A DNA stretch of 32,000 bases from Archaeoglobus fulgidus DSM 4304 (GTDB taxonomy: Archaea > Halobacteriota > Archaeoglobi > Archaeoglobales > Archaeoglobaceae): the NCBI RefSeq assembly GCF_000008665.1, contig NC_000917.1, positions 30,001 to 62,000 on the forward strand, written 5' to 3'. The notes below the pieces were generated by a model. The model saw nothing but the letters and a program-made list of their open reading frames with translations. It did no database searches and was not told where the DNA came from. Shown piece by piece: positions 20,901 to 29,290 of the stretch. A program made the position numbers and the translations under genes. How positions within the stretch are numbered: the stretch's first letter is position 1; each line of letters begins with the position of its first letter.

Positions 20901-21607
20901 ATAAGATAATCTGTATATCTGAGTCTACAGCCAACGACCTTTCAGAATACTTAAAAAAGGAAAATTTGCTGAGAAGTAATTTAAAGATAACGAGTATTCA
21001 CTTGGGTGCGGAAATCGAAAAGTTCGGCACCAGAGGGCTGCCGGATAACTGGGGAGATCTCGTTAAACTGCTTCAGTCTAAACCAAGTTTTTTGATGGTA
21101 GGAACCATAGAACCGAGAAAGGGACACAGACAGACTTTAAGTGCCTTCGAAATTCTATGGAGGGATGGATACGATGTAAATCTCGTGATTGTTGGGAAGG
21201 AGGGATGGTTAACTCAGGATGTCATAGAGAGGATTAAAAACCATCCAGAGCTAAACAGGAGACTTTTCTGGATCAACAACGCTTCGGACGAATTTCTTGA
21301 CAAAATTTACAGAGCCTGCACAGCTCTGATTATGGCAAGCGAAGATGAAGGGTTTGGGTTACCCATCGTTGAAGCCGCTTACAGGGGATTGTCGATAATA
21401 GCGAGAGATATAAAGGTTTTCCGAGAGATAGCCCGAGACGGAGCGTATTACTTCAGCGGACTAAGACCGGAAGATTTGGCTGACGCCATAAAGTCTTGGA
21501 TGGAGCTGTACAGGAAAGGAGAACACCCGAAGCCTGAAAAAGTTGAGGTTTTGAGCTGGAGAGAGGTTGCAAAAAAGTATCTGAAAGAAATTCTTGAAGA
21601 TTCTTGA
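17966..21607 (+). CDS. 1213-aa multidomain protein with three GT4-type glycosyltransferase modules
   Basis: GT-B signatures three times: [49 protein letters not shown]...[47 protein letters not shown]...[40 protein letters not shown] overlap with the upstream gene. Confidence 0.92.
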   Translation: [1213 protein letters not shown]

Positions 21608-21609
21608 AG

Positions 21610-23031
21610 TTATTTCTTGGCTATGATAGCATAATCCTGAGGACCAAATAATATCCTGTTTAACTTCTCGATATTTTCGTTGATAACTCTGATAACTTCC
21701 TCTGACACAGTGTTTGAATCAATTTTGGCAAGTTTAGTCAATTCTTCGCACTCTTCGAAGAATTCGATTTTTACGTCTCTAAACCCCAGGTATTCGAGAA
21801 TGAACTTAAGAGTCTCTGGATGTACTGGTTTTTTATGGGTGGGATCGATATAGAAGTTTATGAGAGAGTAGAGTGAAGTCGGGTTGGGGGACTCGATAAC
21901 AATGTAACTCGAGTATTTCATTTTCGAGTAACAGAGACTCAAAAGCTCAAAAAGTCGTTCGGGGTCGAGATGCTCCACAAAATGTGATATCATGACTCCG
22001 TCTAAGTATTTATCAGGAAGAGATTTTAGATATTCTATGGCGTCGGATTTTACCACGTTGAACTTGCCCTCGCAGAATTTTATCATGTCCTCATTGATAT
22101 CTACACCAATTGACTCTATTCCCTCTTCTTTACAAAGCTCTAGAAATTCTCCTCTTCCACATCCGATATCCAACACCCTTCTACAACCTTTAAAATAGGG
22201 AATATATCTTCTAAGTCGAGCTTTCACGAGCTCTCTACTTCCTCTGAATTTTTCCTCAAACAAAAAGTAGTAATCAGAAGTGTGAATGTCGGTCCCCGAA
22301 ATTTTCTCTTCAGCGGTGTCAATTTTTGCTTTAATTGATTCAACTGTGCTCGATAATTCCTCAAGGTTTTTTGTCAAACTATTTTTAAGCTCGTAAAAGT
22401 CCGTTTGGAGTTTATCGTGATTAATCATAATTTTATCTTTGAATTCTTTGAACTCATCTTTTCTTACGGTCCCCGAAATTTTCTCTTCAACGGTGTTCAA
22501 TTTACCCTCGATCGCGTCGTTTTTGCTTGATAGCACCCTTAGATCCTCTGTCGTTCTGTTGAGTATTCTCACAACACTTGCGTTGAACTCTCTCTGCAGA
22601 TGGAAGATTGGATCAACGTATCTCCTAACTTCGCCATGAACCAATCTCCTACCCCGAACAAGAAATGGCCCCAAAATTTTTCTGTGAGAAAAGATTTGAT
22701 ATCCTTCATTATTTACATTCCAACGTTGATTAATAATGGCCAAATCTTGATCCAAGTTTTCAGGAGGAAGTCCTCCATTGAAGCACGTCTTGATTTTTTT
22801 AAAAAACCGCCCAGAATTCTGAAAACTCGTTTCAGGTTCGAATACATTGCTTAAATTAGCTGCTGGAATTAAGAACTCTTTTGGAATTAAAAACTCTTTT
22901 ATTTTCTGAAGCTTAGGGCTACTGTCTAAAATTCTTTTTGCCAAATTATAAAGATACCTGTTCGAAACAGCAAATTCAAAGCAAGCTCTTTTTAATTTTT
23001 CTTTCATCTTCATAAACTGTCTCTTTTCCAT
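21610..23031 (-). CDS. Coiled-coil protein with C-terminal SAM-dependent methyltransferase domain
   Basis: Coiled-coil central part (SSKNDAIEGKLNTVEEKISGTVRKDEFKEFKDKIMINHDKLQTDFYELKNSL...) then RRVLDIGCGRGEFLELCKEEGIESIGVDINEDMIKFCE...DGVMISHFVEHLDPERL. Confidence 0.88.
   Translation of the reverse strand: MEKRQFMKMKEKLKRACFEFAVSNRYLYNLAKRILDSSPKLQKIKEFLIPKEFLIPAANLSNVFEPETSFQNSGRFFKKIKTCFNGGLPPENLDQDLAIINQRWNVNNEGYQIFSHRKILGPFLVRGRRLVHGEVRRYVDPIFHLQREFNASVVRILNRTTEDLRVLSSKNDAIEGKLNTVEEKISGTVRKDEFKEFKDKIMINHDKLQTDFYELKNSLTKNLEELSSTVESIKAKIDTAEEKISGTDIHTSDYYFLFEEKFRGSRELVKARLRRYIPYFKGCRRVLDIGCGRGEFLELCKEEGIESIGVDINEDMIKFCEGKFNVVKSDAIEYLKSLPDKYLDGVMISHFVEHLDPERLFELLSLCYSKMKYSSYIVIESPNPTSLYSLINFYIDPTHKKPVHPETLKFILEYLGFRDVKIEFFEECEELTKLAKIDSNTVSEEVIRVINENIEKLNRILFGPQDYAIIAKK
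22291..22503 (-). repeat. Two copies of a ~36-nt near-identical repeat inside the coiled-coil/methyltransferase gene (roughly 22291-22326 and 22469-22504)
   Basis: On the coding strand the copies encode KIDTAEEKISGT and KLNTVEEKISGT, separated by ~178 nt; shared core gaagagaaaatttcggggacc. Confidence 0.75.
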
Positions 23032-23105
23032 CGGGATGATAAAGATTTCCTTTAAAAAGTCAAAAGCTCATTTAGCGTTCAACTGCATACTCTAAAAGAC
23101 AGCTG

Positions 23106-23340
23106 CTATCTAATATCCCGTGCATAGGATAAGTAAAGAAGATCAAAGCTCTTTTTAAGGCTTTTTCTGTGTTTAGAGGCTTTTAGCTTTTGGTTAATTG
23201 CAAAAATACACTCTTCAGGAATTTCATAATTTTTCGGAACTCGAGAAACGAATTTGTAGGACTCGGCACTTATTGCAAGACTGAATGTATTTTCAATCGA
23301 TTTCGCTGATTTCGATTTCTCAGCTTCATAGCTCCGAAGC
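23106..23340 (-). CDS. Possible small protein or C-terminal remnant
   Basis: ELRSYEAEKSKSAKSIENTFSLAISAESYKFVSRVPKNYEIPEECIFAINQKLKASKHRKSLKKSFDLLYLSYARDIR looks protein-like. The ORF-track N-terminus (to 23471) is antisense to a coiled-coil ORF and is probably spurious. Confidence 0.35.
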
Positions 23341-23357
23341 TCAGACTTCAAAGGATC

Positions 23358-23792
23358 GTGCTTGAAAGAGAGACCCAAAGCCTCGAGTATCGAAAGGAAC
23401 AACTGGAGAACAAGGTCGCATGGCTCGAAAAAAGAGTCAAAGAAAAGGAAGAGTTTAAGAAAACGATTCATGCTGAGATAAAGTCGGGAGTAGAACCTGA
23501 GCTGAATAAGCTTAAAGCTAAAGCCGACACGATTTTTGAGGAAGCGAAGAGAGCTACAGAGCTTCGAGACAAGATAGTTGCAGAGATTAAGGAGATTGTC
23601 GAAGTTCTTTCAAAGCTTTTGGAAGCCTCAGAAAAGCTAGAAGGGGAAATAGAAGAAGAGAAAAAAGTTAAAGAGAAGCTGGAGAAAGAGACAGAGGAGC
23701 CGAAAATGGAGCTGTTCAAACCCAGAACGATTTCCCTGCTCGAGGCCATCAAGATCTGGGGATCTCAGACCGAGAAAACAGGAGAGAACTAA
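23358..23792 (+). CDS. Small coiled-coil hypothetical protein (GTG start)
   Basis: Highly charged heptad-like sequence LERETQSLEYRKEQLENKVAWLEKRVKEKEEFKKTIHAEIK...EKLEGEIEEEKKVKEKLEKETEE. Confidence 0.55.
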   Translation: MLERETQSLEYRKEQLENKVAWLEKRVKEKEEFKKTIHAEIKSGVEPELNKLKAKADTIFEEAKRATELRDKIVAEIKEIVEVLSKLLEASEKLEGEIEEEKKVKEKLEKETEEPKMELFKPRTISLLEAIKIWGSQTEKTGEN

Positions 23793-23903
23793 GAAATTTT
23801 GAGATTAGGATAAACTCTTTGAGGCTTTAAACGGAGAAATGAACTAACTAGGCTCAACTGTCCTCCTACAAAAACTCTCCACTCGGCTTCATGAAAACTT
23901 CAC

Positions 23904-24265
23904 TTATCTGCTCGACAGCTTTATCCAATCAAAAGCTACAGCTAATTCGCGTATGTCTTCGTTTATTCCGTATGCCTTCGGACGTTCGGCGTATTTGTAT
24001 CTGAACTCCAGATAATTGACACCTTTTTTCGTGAATTCTGCCGGTATTTGAACGCCATAATCTTTCCAGCCCTTTGTCAAATTTAAGCTCGCAACGAAGT
24101 TTCCGTTGAAGTAAATCCAGAGCTCTTGGTTCACGCTTTCGTTGAAAATGAACGGATGACAACGAAAGCTCAAATTCAGCGGTCTTTCCTCATCTAAGAC
24201 GACTAGAACGGAAGAATTGAGAGCGTTAGCCCAAACGAAGCTCAGGTTTCCAGAAATTTCGTCTC
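23904..24265 (-). pseudogene. 3' remnant of a larger gene, truncated at its 5' side
   Basis: The frame extends upstream of the track ORF without a start: DEISGNLSFVWANALNSSVLVVLDEERPLNLSFRCHPFIFNESVNQELWIYFNGNFVASLNLTKGWKDYGVQIPAEFTKKGVNYLEFRYKYAERPKAYGINEDIRELAVAFDWIKLSSR; it abuts and overlaps the truncated protease gene. Confidence 0.65.
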
Positions 24266-25483
24266 GGCTTCAAGGTAAACCCTCAGCTTCCACTCCTCAA
24301 CTTCCGTCGATGGGTTTAGCTTTATGTTTTCCTCACTCTTAACTTCTTCCAGAGCTGCTTTAAAAGCATCTCCGAGCCTGTTTCCGGGGAGATTCTTGAG
24401 AGTCTTAATCAGGATGTTGTCAGCATGCTTCACACCCGCTACCTCCACGAAGCCATCGCTCTCGGAAAACTGGTAGTCGCTTCCCGTGGTGCCGGTAAAG
24501 CCTACAAACGCAATCCCTCCTGCGTCGTTCGTAAGAAGAAACTCGCTCCACAGTCCTGGTGCCCAGTTGGGGAGATAGATGTCCCTTATTTCCTCATCAA
24601 AGGCCGCAGCACTGCACCCGCTGCTCAGAACCACGGGGAGCAACGGACGCCTTTTGTCCAGCATGTTCATGTACCTCGTCGTGTACATACCCCCATCATC
24701 AGAGTCGAGAGCGTAGGGTATGCCGTGTCCGACGTGGAAAACAACTCCGTACCCACCTGAAAGGGCCTCATCGAAAGTCTGCTTTACGCTTGTCCACTCC
24801 TCGTCGCTCTGAAGAGCTATGGTTGTGTTGAAGGTTTCAGTGAAGCCGAGGTCCTCCAGAAGCTTTACCGCAGTTTCCCCCTGCCAAACCTCGTAATCGT
24901 CTATCGTCTCCCTCTCTATGGAGTAGGGGGCGGCGTAAATCCTCATGCCTATCAAAGCTGCGTTCACGTAGTTTCCGCTGCCGATGTCGGAGAGCCAATC
25001 GTTTATCTTTCCCAGCACCTTCTCAGCCTCATCCTCACTGCCTGCTGGTATTCTTCCCACAGCAAAGTCGGGCTTGAGGTCGTAGTCAGGGGAAGCGTAG
25101 AAGAAGTCTGTAGGAAAAGGCTCGTAGAAAATGAGCTTTGCGTAGTAGCTCGGCGGAACGATGTCGGCATCACCGAGAATTGTTACATAGCTCGCATTTA
25201 CTGTCCGAAGGAACGAGATTATTTTCAGGGCTAAGGTGTAGTTGTAGCTGTCGTAAACTTGCTCTGTGCTGTATCCGCTAACGAGAGGGTCCTCTACAGG
25301 GCTGTAGCTGTCCCAGATTTGTTCCACGGTAACGATATCCGACTGAATGCCCACTTTTTCGTGAATTTCCTGCAGCTGATATGCGGAGTTGATGAGTTTC
25401 TCCGATGTCAGTATTATCTCCTGCCCGCTTGAAGTTCCGACGACCACAAAGACTACCATCATTATTACAATTATTACTCTCAT
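24242..25483 (-). CDS. Secreted C25 (gingipain-like, clan CD) cysteine peptidase, C-terminus apparently truncated
   Basis: N-terminal hydrophobic signal MRVIIVIMMVVFVVVGTSSG; DADIVPPSYYAKL, DYDLKPDFAVGRIPAG; catalytic contexts GVVFHVGHG and LPVVLSSGCSAAAFD. Confidence 0.8.
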   Translation of the reverse strand: MRVIIVIMMVVFVVVGTSSGQEIILTSEKLINSAYQLQEIHEKVGIQSDIVTVEQIWDSYSPVEDPLVSGYSTEQVYDSYNYTLALKIISFLRTVNASYVTILGDADIVPPSYYAKLIFYEPFPTDFFYASPDYDLKPDFAVGRIPAGSEDEAEKVLGKINDWLSDIGSGNYVNAALIGMRIYAAPYSIERETIDDYEVWQGETAVKLLEDLGFTETFNTTIALQSDEEWTSVKQTFDEALSGGYGVVFHVGHGIPYALDSDDGGMYTTRYMNMLDKRRPLLPVVLSSGCSAAAFDEEIRDIYLPNWAPGLWSEFLLTNDAGGIAFVGFTGTTGSDYQFSESDGFVEVAGVKHADNILIKTLKNLPGNRLGDAFKAALEEVKSEENIKLNPSTEVEEWKLRVYLEAETKFLET

Positions 25484-25525
25484 AATTATACTTGGATATT
25501 CTTCCTATTTAAACATTTTCAAAAA

Positions 25526-26764
25526 TTAAAAAGGCTTCTGAATGGTCGCATCAGGGAAAACAGCCACCTTCTTTTCCTCTTTCCCAACCTCTTCCACCAT
25601 CTCCTCCAGAGTTTTCACCCTCACGACTTCATCGTAAACCTCAAGCCACGGCTGCTTCTCCTGATACTTAGAAACGAAAATCACCTTTCCAGCCCTTTTG
25701 AGCGTGTCTGGAGGTGGGAGGTAAAGAAATCCTCCCTTCCTCCTCATTCCCCACCTTCCGTGGATGTAGTGGCTTATCTGCCCGGTTTTCGAGTTGCAAA
25801 CCACGACAAGAGTTCCTCCCTGCTTGAGGCAGAGGGAGGGCCACGTTGCTATGGCAGCTTCACTTGCCTTGCTGTAGGCGTTGGAAATAACAACGTCAAA
25901 CTCAAATCCAATCTGCGTTGCATAGTGCTTCCTCGCCTCCTCCACCCCTTTTCTCTGAGCCTCAACAATATCTCCCGCAAAAACGTGTGTGTTCTCCCTC
26001 CTCGTGTTAACGAGAGAGTTCACAATGAAGTCAAACTTCGCCATCCTCGCCGCCTCCTCCGCATCTCTTCGCATCACATTCTCCTCGTTCACTCTGCCGT
26101 AGGCCATCTGACAGGTTGGATGAAGCTCTCTCACAGCCATAGCGGCGCTCCACCCTCCTATGACGCCGTGATTGTAGGCTATGCTCCTCATTCCTGCAAT
26201 TCCAGGCAAAACAATCTTCGCTCCACCGCTGTAGCCAAACTGCGGATGGGGCAGAATGCACCCTAAGCCAATTTTGAGGGAGTAGCTCATAACCTCAGAG
26301 TTTATCTCCACCGGCGTACCTGCGGAGGTTTCGCCCAGATAGTCAAGGTTGCCGAGCGGGTTGTGGTTGAAGACGGGATAGCTCTCCACAATCTCCTCGC
26401 CGAGCTTCTTCGCAAAATCATCCCTGTCGTAGGTGCCGTGAGCACCATTGGCGCAGATGAAGGTGATGTTCTCATCCGAAACCCCTCCCCTCTTCAATTC
26501 CTCAATTACCGCTTTAGCAATCCCCTTAAGCTTCGTCGGCCTCGTCATGTCGTCGAAAACCACAACCGCCTCTCCCCTCTCCTCGGCAAGCTTTGAAAGT
26601 GCCTTCTGCCCGATTGGCTCCCTCAAAACCCTAAAAATCTCCTCTTTTTCGACCTCTCTGGCAGAATCCCCCGCCATCCTGAAAACGCTAACTTCCCAGC
26701 TTTCCGGCGGCTCAAAAAGTAAAGGTTTATCACCATACCATATGTCGCTCGGAAGTTCAATCAT
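25526..26764 (-). CDS. LarA-like (lactate racemase family, DUF2088) protein
   Basis: AVVVFDDMTRPTKLKGIAKAVIEEL...ITFICANGAHGTYDRDDFAKKLGEEIVESYPVFNHNP...ILPHPQFGYSGGAKIVLPGIAG. Confidence 0.8.
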   Translation of the reverse strand: MIELPSDIWYGDKPLLFEPPESWEVSVFRMAGDSAREVEKEEIFRVLREPIGQKALSKLAEERGEAVVVFDDMTRPTKLKGIAKAVIEELKRGGVSDENITFICANGAHGTYDRDDFAKKLGEEIVESYPVFNHNPLGNLDYLGETSAGTPVEINSEVMSYSLKIGLGCILPHPQFGYSGGAKIVLPGIAGMRSIAYNHGVIGGWSAAMAVRELHPTCQMAYGRVNEENVMRRDAEEAARMAKFDFIVNSLVNTRRENTHVFAGDIVEAQRKGVEEARKHYATQIGFEFDVVISNAYSKASEAAIATWPSLCLKQGGTLVVVCNSKTGQISHYIHGRWGMRRKGGFLYLPPPDTLKRAGKVIFVSKYQEKQPWLEVYDEVVRVKTLEEMVEEVGKEEKKVAVFPDATIQKPF

Positions 26765-26862
26765 GCTTTAAAGTTAATTTTTACTATAAAACGGTTGTTG
26801 CTTTTTAATCCATTAACTGCAAATTTTATATTTCCTCCCATAAGCGGAGTTCAGGTGAGTCT

Positions 26863-28062
26863 ATGCCGAACATATTCGTTGAGGAACTGGTTCACACTCC
26901 TATAGAGAAACAGGTCATTGAAATAGTGGAAAGAAAGGGCATCGGTCATCCTGATAGCTTGGCTGACGGGATGGCTGAGGCTATGAGCAGAGAGCTGAGC
27001 AGAGAGTACATCAGAAGGTTTGGGGCGGTGCTGCATCACAACACTGACGAAACACAGATCGTTGCCGGCCGCTCAAACCCACAGTTCGGTGGTGGAGAGG
27101 TCATCGAGCCGATTTACGTCCTGCTGGTGGGAAGAGCGACGAAGTTCTTCAATGGTGAGTACATTCCCACAGACAAAATCGCCCTGAAGGCTGCGAGAGA
27201 CTACATAAGGCAGCACATGCAGAACCTCGACCCTGAGCTGGATGTGGTCTTCAACGTCAGGCTGGGTGAGGGGAGCACCGACCTGCAGGACGTTTTTAGG
27301 AGAAAGAGTGGAAACGTTGCCCTTGCCAACGACACGTCGTTCGGCATAGGTTTTGCTCCTCTCTCTGAAACTGAAAGGCTGGTTTTCAACGTTGAGAGGA
27401 GAATCTACGAGGAGTTCAGGAAGAAGAATCCTGCAATCGGAGAAGATGTTAAGGTAATGGGGCTGAGGGAGAAGGACAGAATTTCTCTCACAATCGCCGC
27501 AGCCTTCGTTGACAGGTATGTTGCCAACATTAAAGAGTATGACGCAATTAAAGAGGAGCTTGAGAACTTCGTTAAAGAAATTTCTTCCGAGTACACCGAG
27601 AGGGAGGTGGAAGTTTTCGTAAATACCGCCGACGACTACGAGACTGGCTGCGTATATCTGACAGTTACCGGCACCTCAGCGGAGAACGGAGACGACGGGA
27701 GCGTTGGAAGGGGCAACAGGTGCAACGGCCTCATCACCCCCGGCAGACCGATGAGCATGGAGGCGAGCAGTGGCAAAAACCCCATCAACCACGTAGGCAA
27801 GATTTACAACCTCCTTGCCAACCAGATCGCAGCAAGAATTGCTGAAGAGGTTGAAGGCGTTGAGGAAGTCTATGTCAGAATTCTAAGCCAGATTGGCAAG
27901 CCGATAAATGAGCCAAAAGCCCTGAGCGTTCAGGTTATCCCGAAAAGCGGCTACGACATTTCAAAGCTCGAAAGGCCCGCAAGGGACATTGCAGAGGAGA
28001 TGATTGCCAACGTTGGCAAGATAACTGACATGGTTATTGAGGGGAAGGTCAGAACCTTCTGA
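26863..28062 (+). CDS. mat: Archaeal-type S-adenosylmethionine synthetase
   Basis: [71 protein letters not shown]; [38 protein letters not shown]. Confidence 0.96.
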   Translation: MPNIFVEELVHTPIEKQVIEIVERKGIGHPDSLADGMAEAMSRELSREYIRRFGAVLHHNTDETQIVAGRSNPQFGGGEVIEPIYVLLVGRATKFFNGEYIPTDKIALKAARDYIRQHMQNLDPELDVVFNVRLGEGSTDLQDVFRRKSGNVALANDTSFGIGFAPLSETERLVFNVERRIYEEFRKKNPAIGEDVKVMGLREKDRISLTIAAAFVDRYVANIKEYDAIKEELENFVKEISSEYTEREVEVFVNTADDYETGCVYLTVTGTSAENGDDGSVGRGNRCNGLITPGRPMSMEASSGKNPINHVGKIYNLLANQIAARIAEEVEGVEEVYVRILSQIGKPINEPKALSVQVIPKSGYDISKLERPARDIAEEMIANVGKITDMVIEGKVRTF

Positions 28063-29158
28063 CAATATTTTTGTAAATTTTTGCCGTTCTGTAAAGCTCC
28101 TCCACGTAAACGAACTCGTCCTCACCGTGCAAATTCCCCCCACCCGGACCCAAGTAGAATGCGGGAACTCCGTGCTTTCTGACGTGCCTCGTATCTCCAA
28201 CACCCAAGGAAAACACAGCCTTCGGCCTCAATCCCTCTTCCCTTATTGCCTCGCTCATAATTTTCAGCAGCCTTAAGTCATCCTCAAGCTTAACAGCATC
28301 GCAGCCAACACCGTAGGGCTGCAGAAAGCCCTCCACCCTGAACTCCATGTTCTCGGCGTAAAGCTCTCTTCTCACTTCTTCAACGCTTATCCACGGGGCG
28401 AATCTTACGTCGGCGTAAACCGTGCACTTCGGAGCAACAACATTCCTCTTAACCCCTCCCCTAATCATAGAAGGATTGAAGACCGCATGCCAGCTTTTAA
28501 CAGCAAAATCCATGCCGAGCTTGCTGAAAATTTCCCTATAGCTCCCAAAATCCCCCTCAAGCCCTCTGAAGGATTCAACTTTCTCAACGATGTACTCGGA
28601 GGCTCTGTATATCGCCCCCTCCTTAGCGTCGTGAGAGGCTGTGTGCCCCGAATTTCCCTTGAACTCTATATCCAACGCCAAAACGGCAGCTTGCAAAACT
28701 CCGATGCTCTCACTCCCCGTCGGCTCCCCTATTATGACTGCATCAGCCTTTTCCCTTTCAAAAACATATCCGAGCCCATTAACCCCTCCAACCTCTTCAT
28801 CTGAGGTGAAGGCCAGCTTCAGCCCGCACTCAGGCTCTATCTGCGAGGCTGAGCAAATTGCCGCAACACAGCCCTTCGCATCACAACTCCCCCTCCCGTA
28901 GAGCTTTCCGTCAACAATGACGGGGTTCAGAAGCTCGTCTCCAGCAGGAACGGTATCGAGGTGGGAGGTGAGCATGATTTCGGGTTTGCCCCTGCTGATG
29001 TAAACAACGAGATTCTCCTTACCCTCCTCCTTCGCGTAAATCCTTTGCTCGTAGGACGAGAAAAGCTGTGAAAGATACTCGACAGCCTCAGTAGTCACTC
29101 CGGGAGGGTTGCGGGTGTCTATTTTTATGAGGTCTTTGGTTATCTCAAGGGGGTCCAT
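28049..29158 (-). CDS. M20 family metallopeptidase (ArgE/DapE/carboxypeptidase-like)
   Basis: [46 protein letters not shown]...[19 protein letters not shown]...[11 protein letters not shown]...[35 protein letters not shown]. Confidence 0.9.
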   Translation of the reverse strand: MDPLEITKDLIKIDTRNPPGVTTEAVEYLSQLFSSYEQRIYAKEEGKENLVVYISRGKPEIMLTSHLDTVPAGDELLNPVIVDGKLYGRGSCDAKGCVAAICSASQIEPECGLKLAFTSDEEVGGVNGLGYVFEREKADAVIIGEPTGSESIGVLQAAVLALDIEFKGNSGHTASHDAKEGAIYRASEYIVEKVESFRGLEGDFGSYREIFSKLGMDFAVKSWHAVFNPSMIRGGVKRNVVAPKCTVYADVRFAPWISVEEVRRELYAENMEFRVEGFLQPYGVGCDAVKLEDDLRLLKIMSEAIREEGLRPKAVFSLGVGDTRHVRKHGVPAFYLGPGGGNLHGEDEFVYVEELYRTAKIYKNIVRRF

Positions 29159-29290
29159 GAGTTGAGTGGGTAGGCATTGTTATAGCTGTTGCCCTTTATC
29201 CCTTTTGATTCCAAAAACTATCATAATGATAGTGAATTACATGATTTTATGCGAAAGATTTATTAAATCAAAGTTTACACAAAATTTACA

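Noticed and set aside
24425-24831. Plus-strand ORFs 24425-24760 and 24559-24831 antisense to the protease
   Set aside because: They lie entirely opposite a gene with clear C25 motifs, and their translations are low-complexity Ser/Arg/Pro-rich with no recognisable fold.
25760-26266. 168-aa plus-strand ORF opposite the LarA-like gene
   Set aside because: Antisense shadow ORF; the minus-strand product has strong family similarity and the plus product does not.
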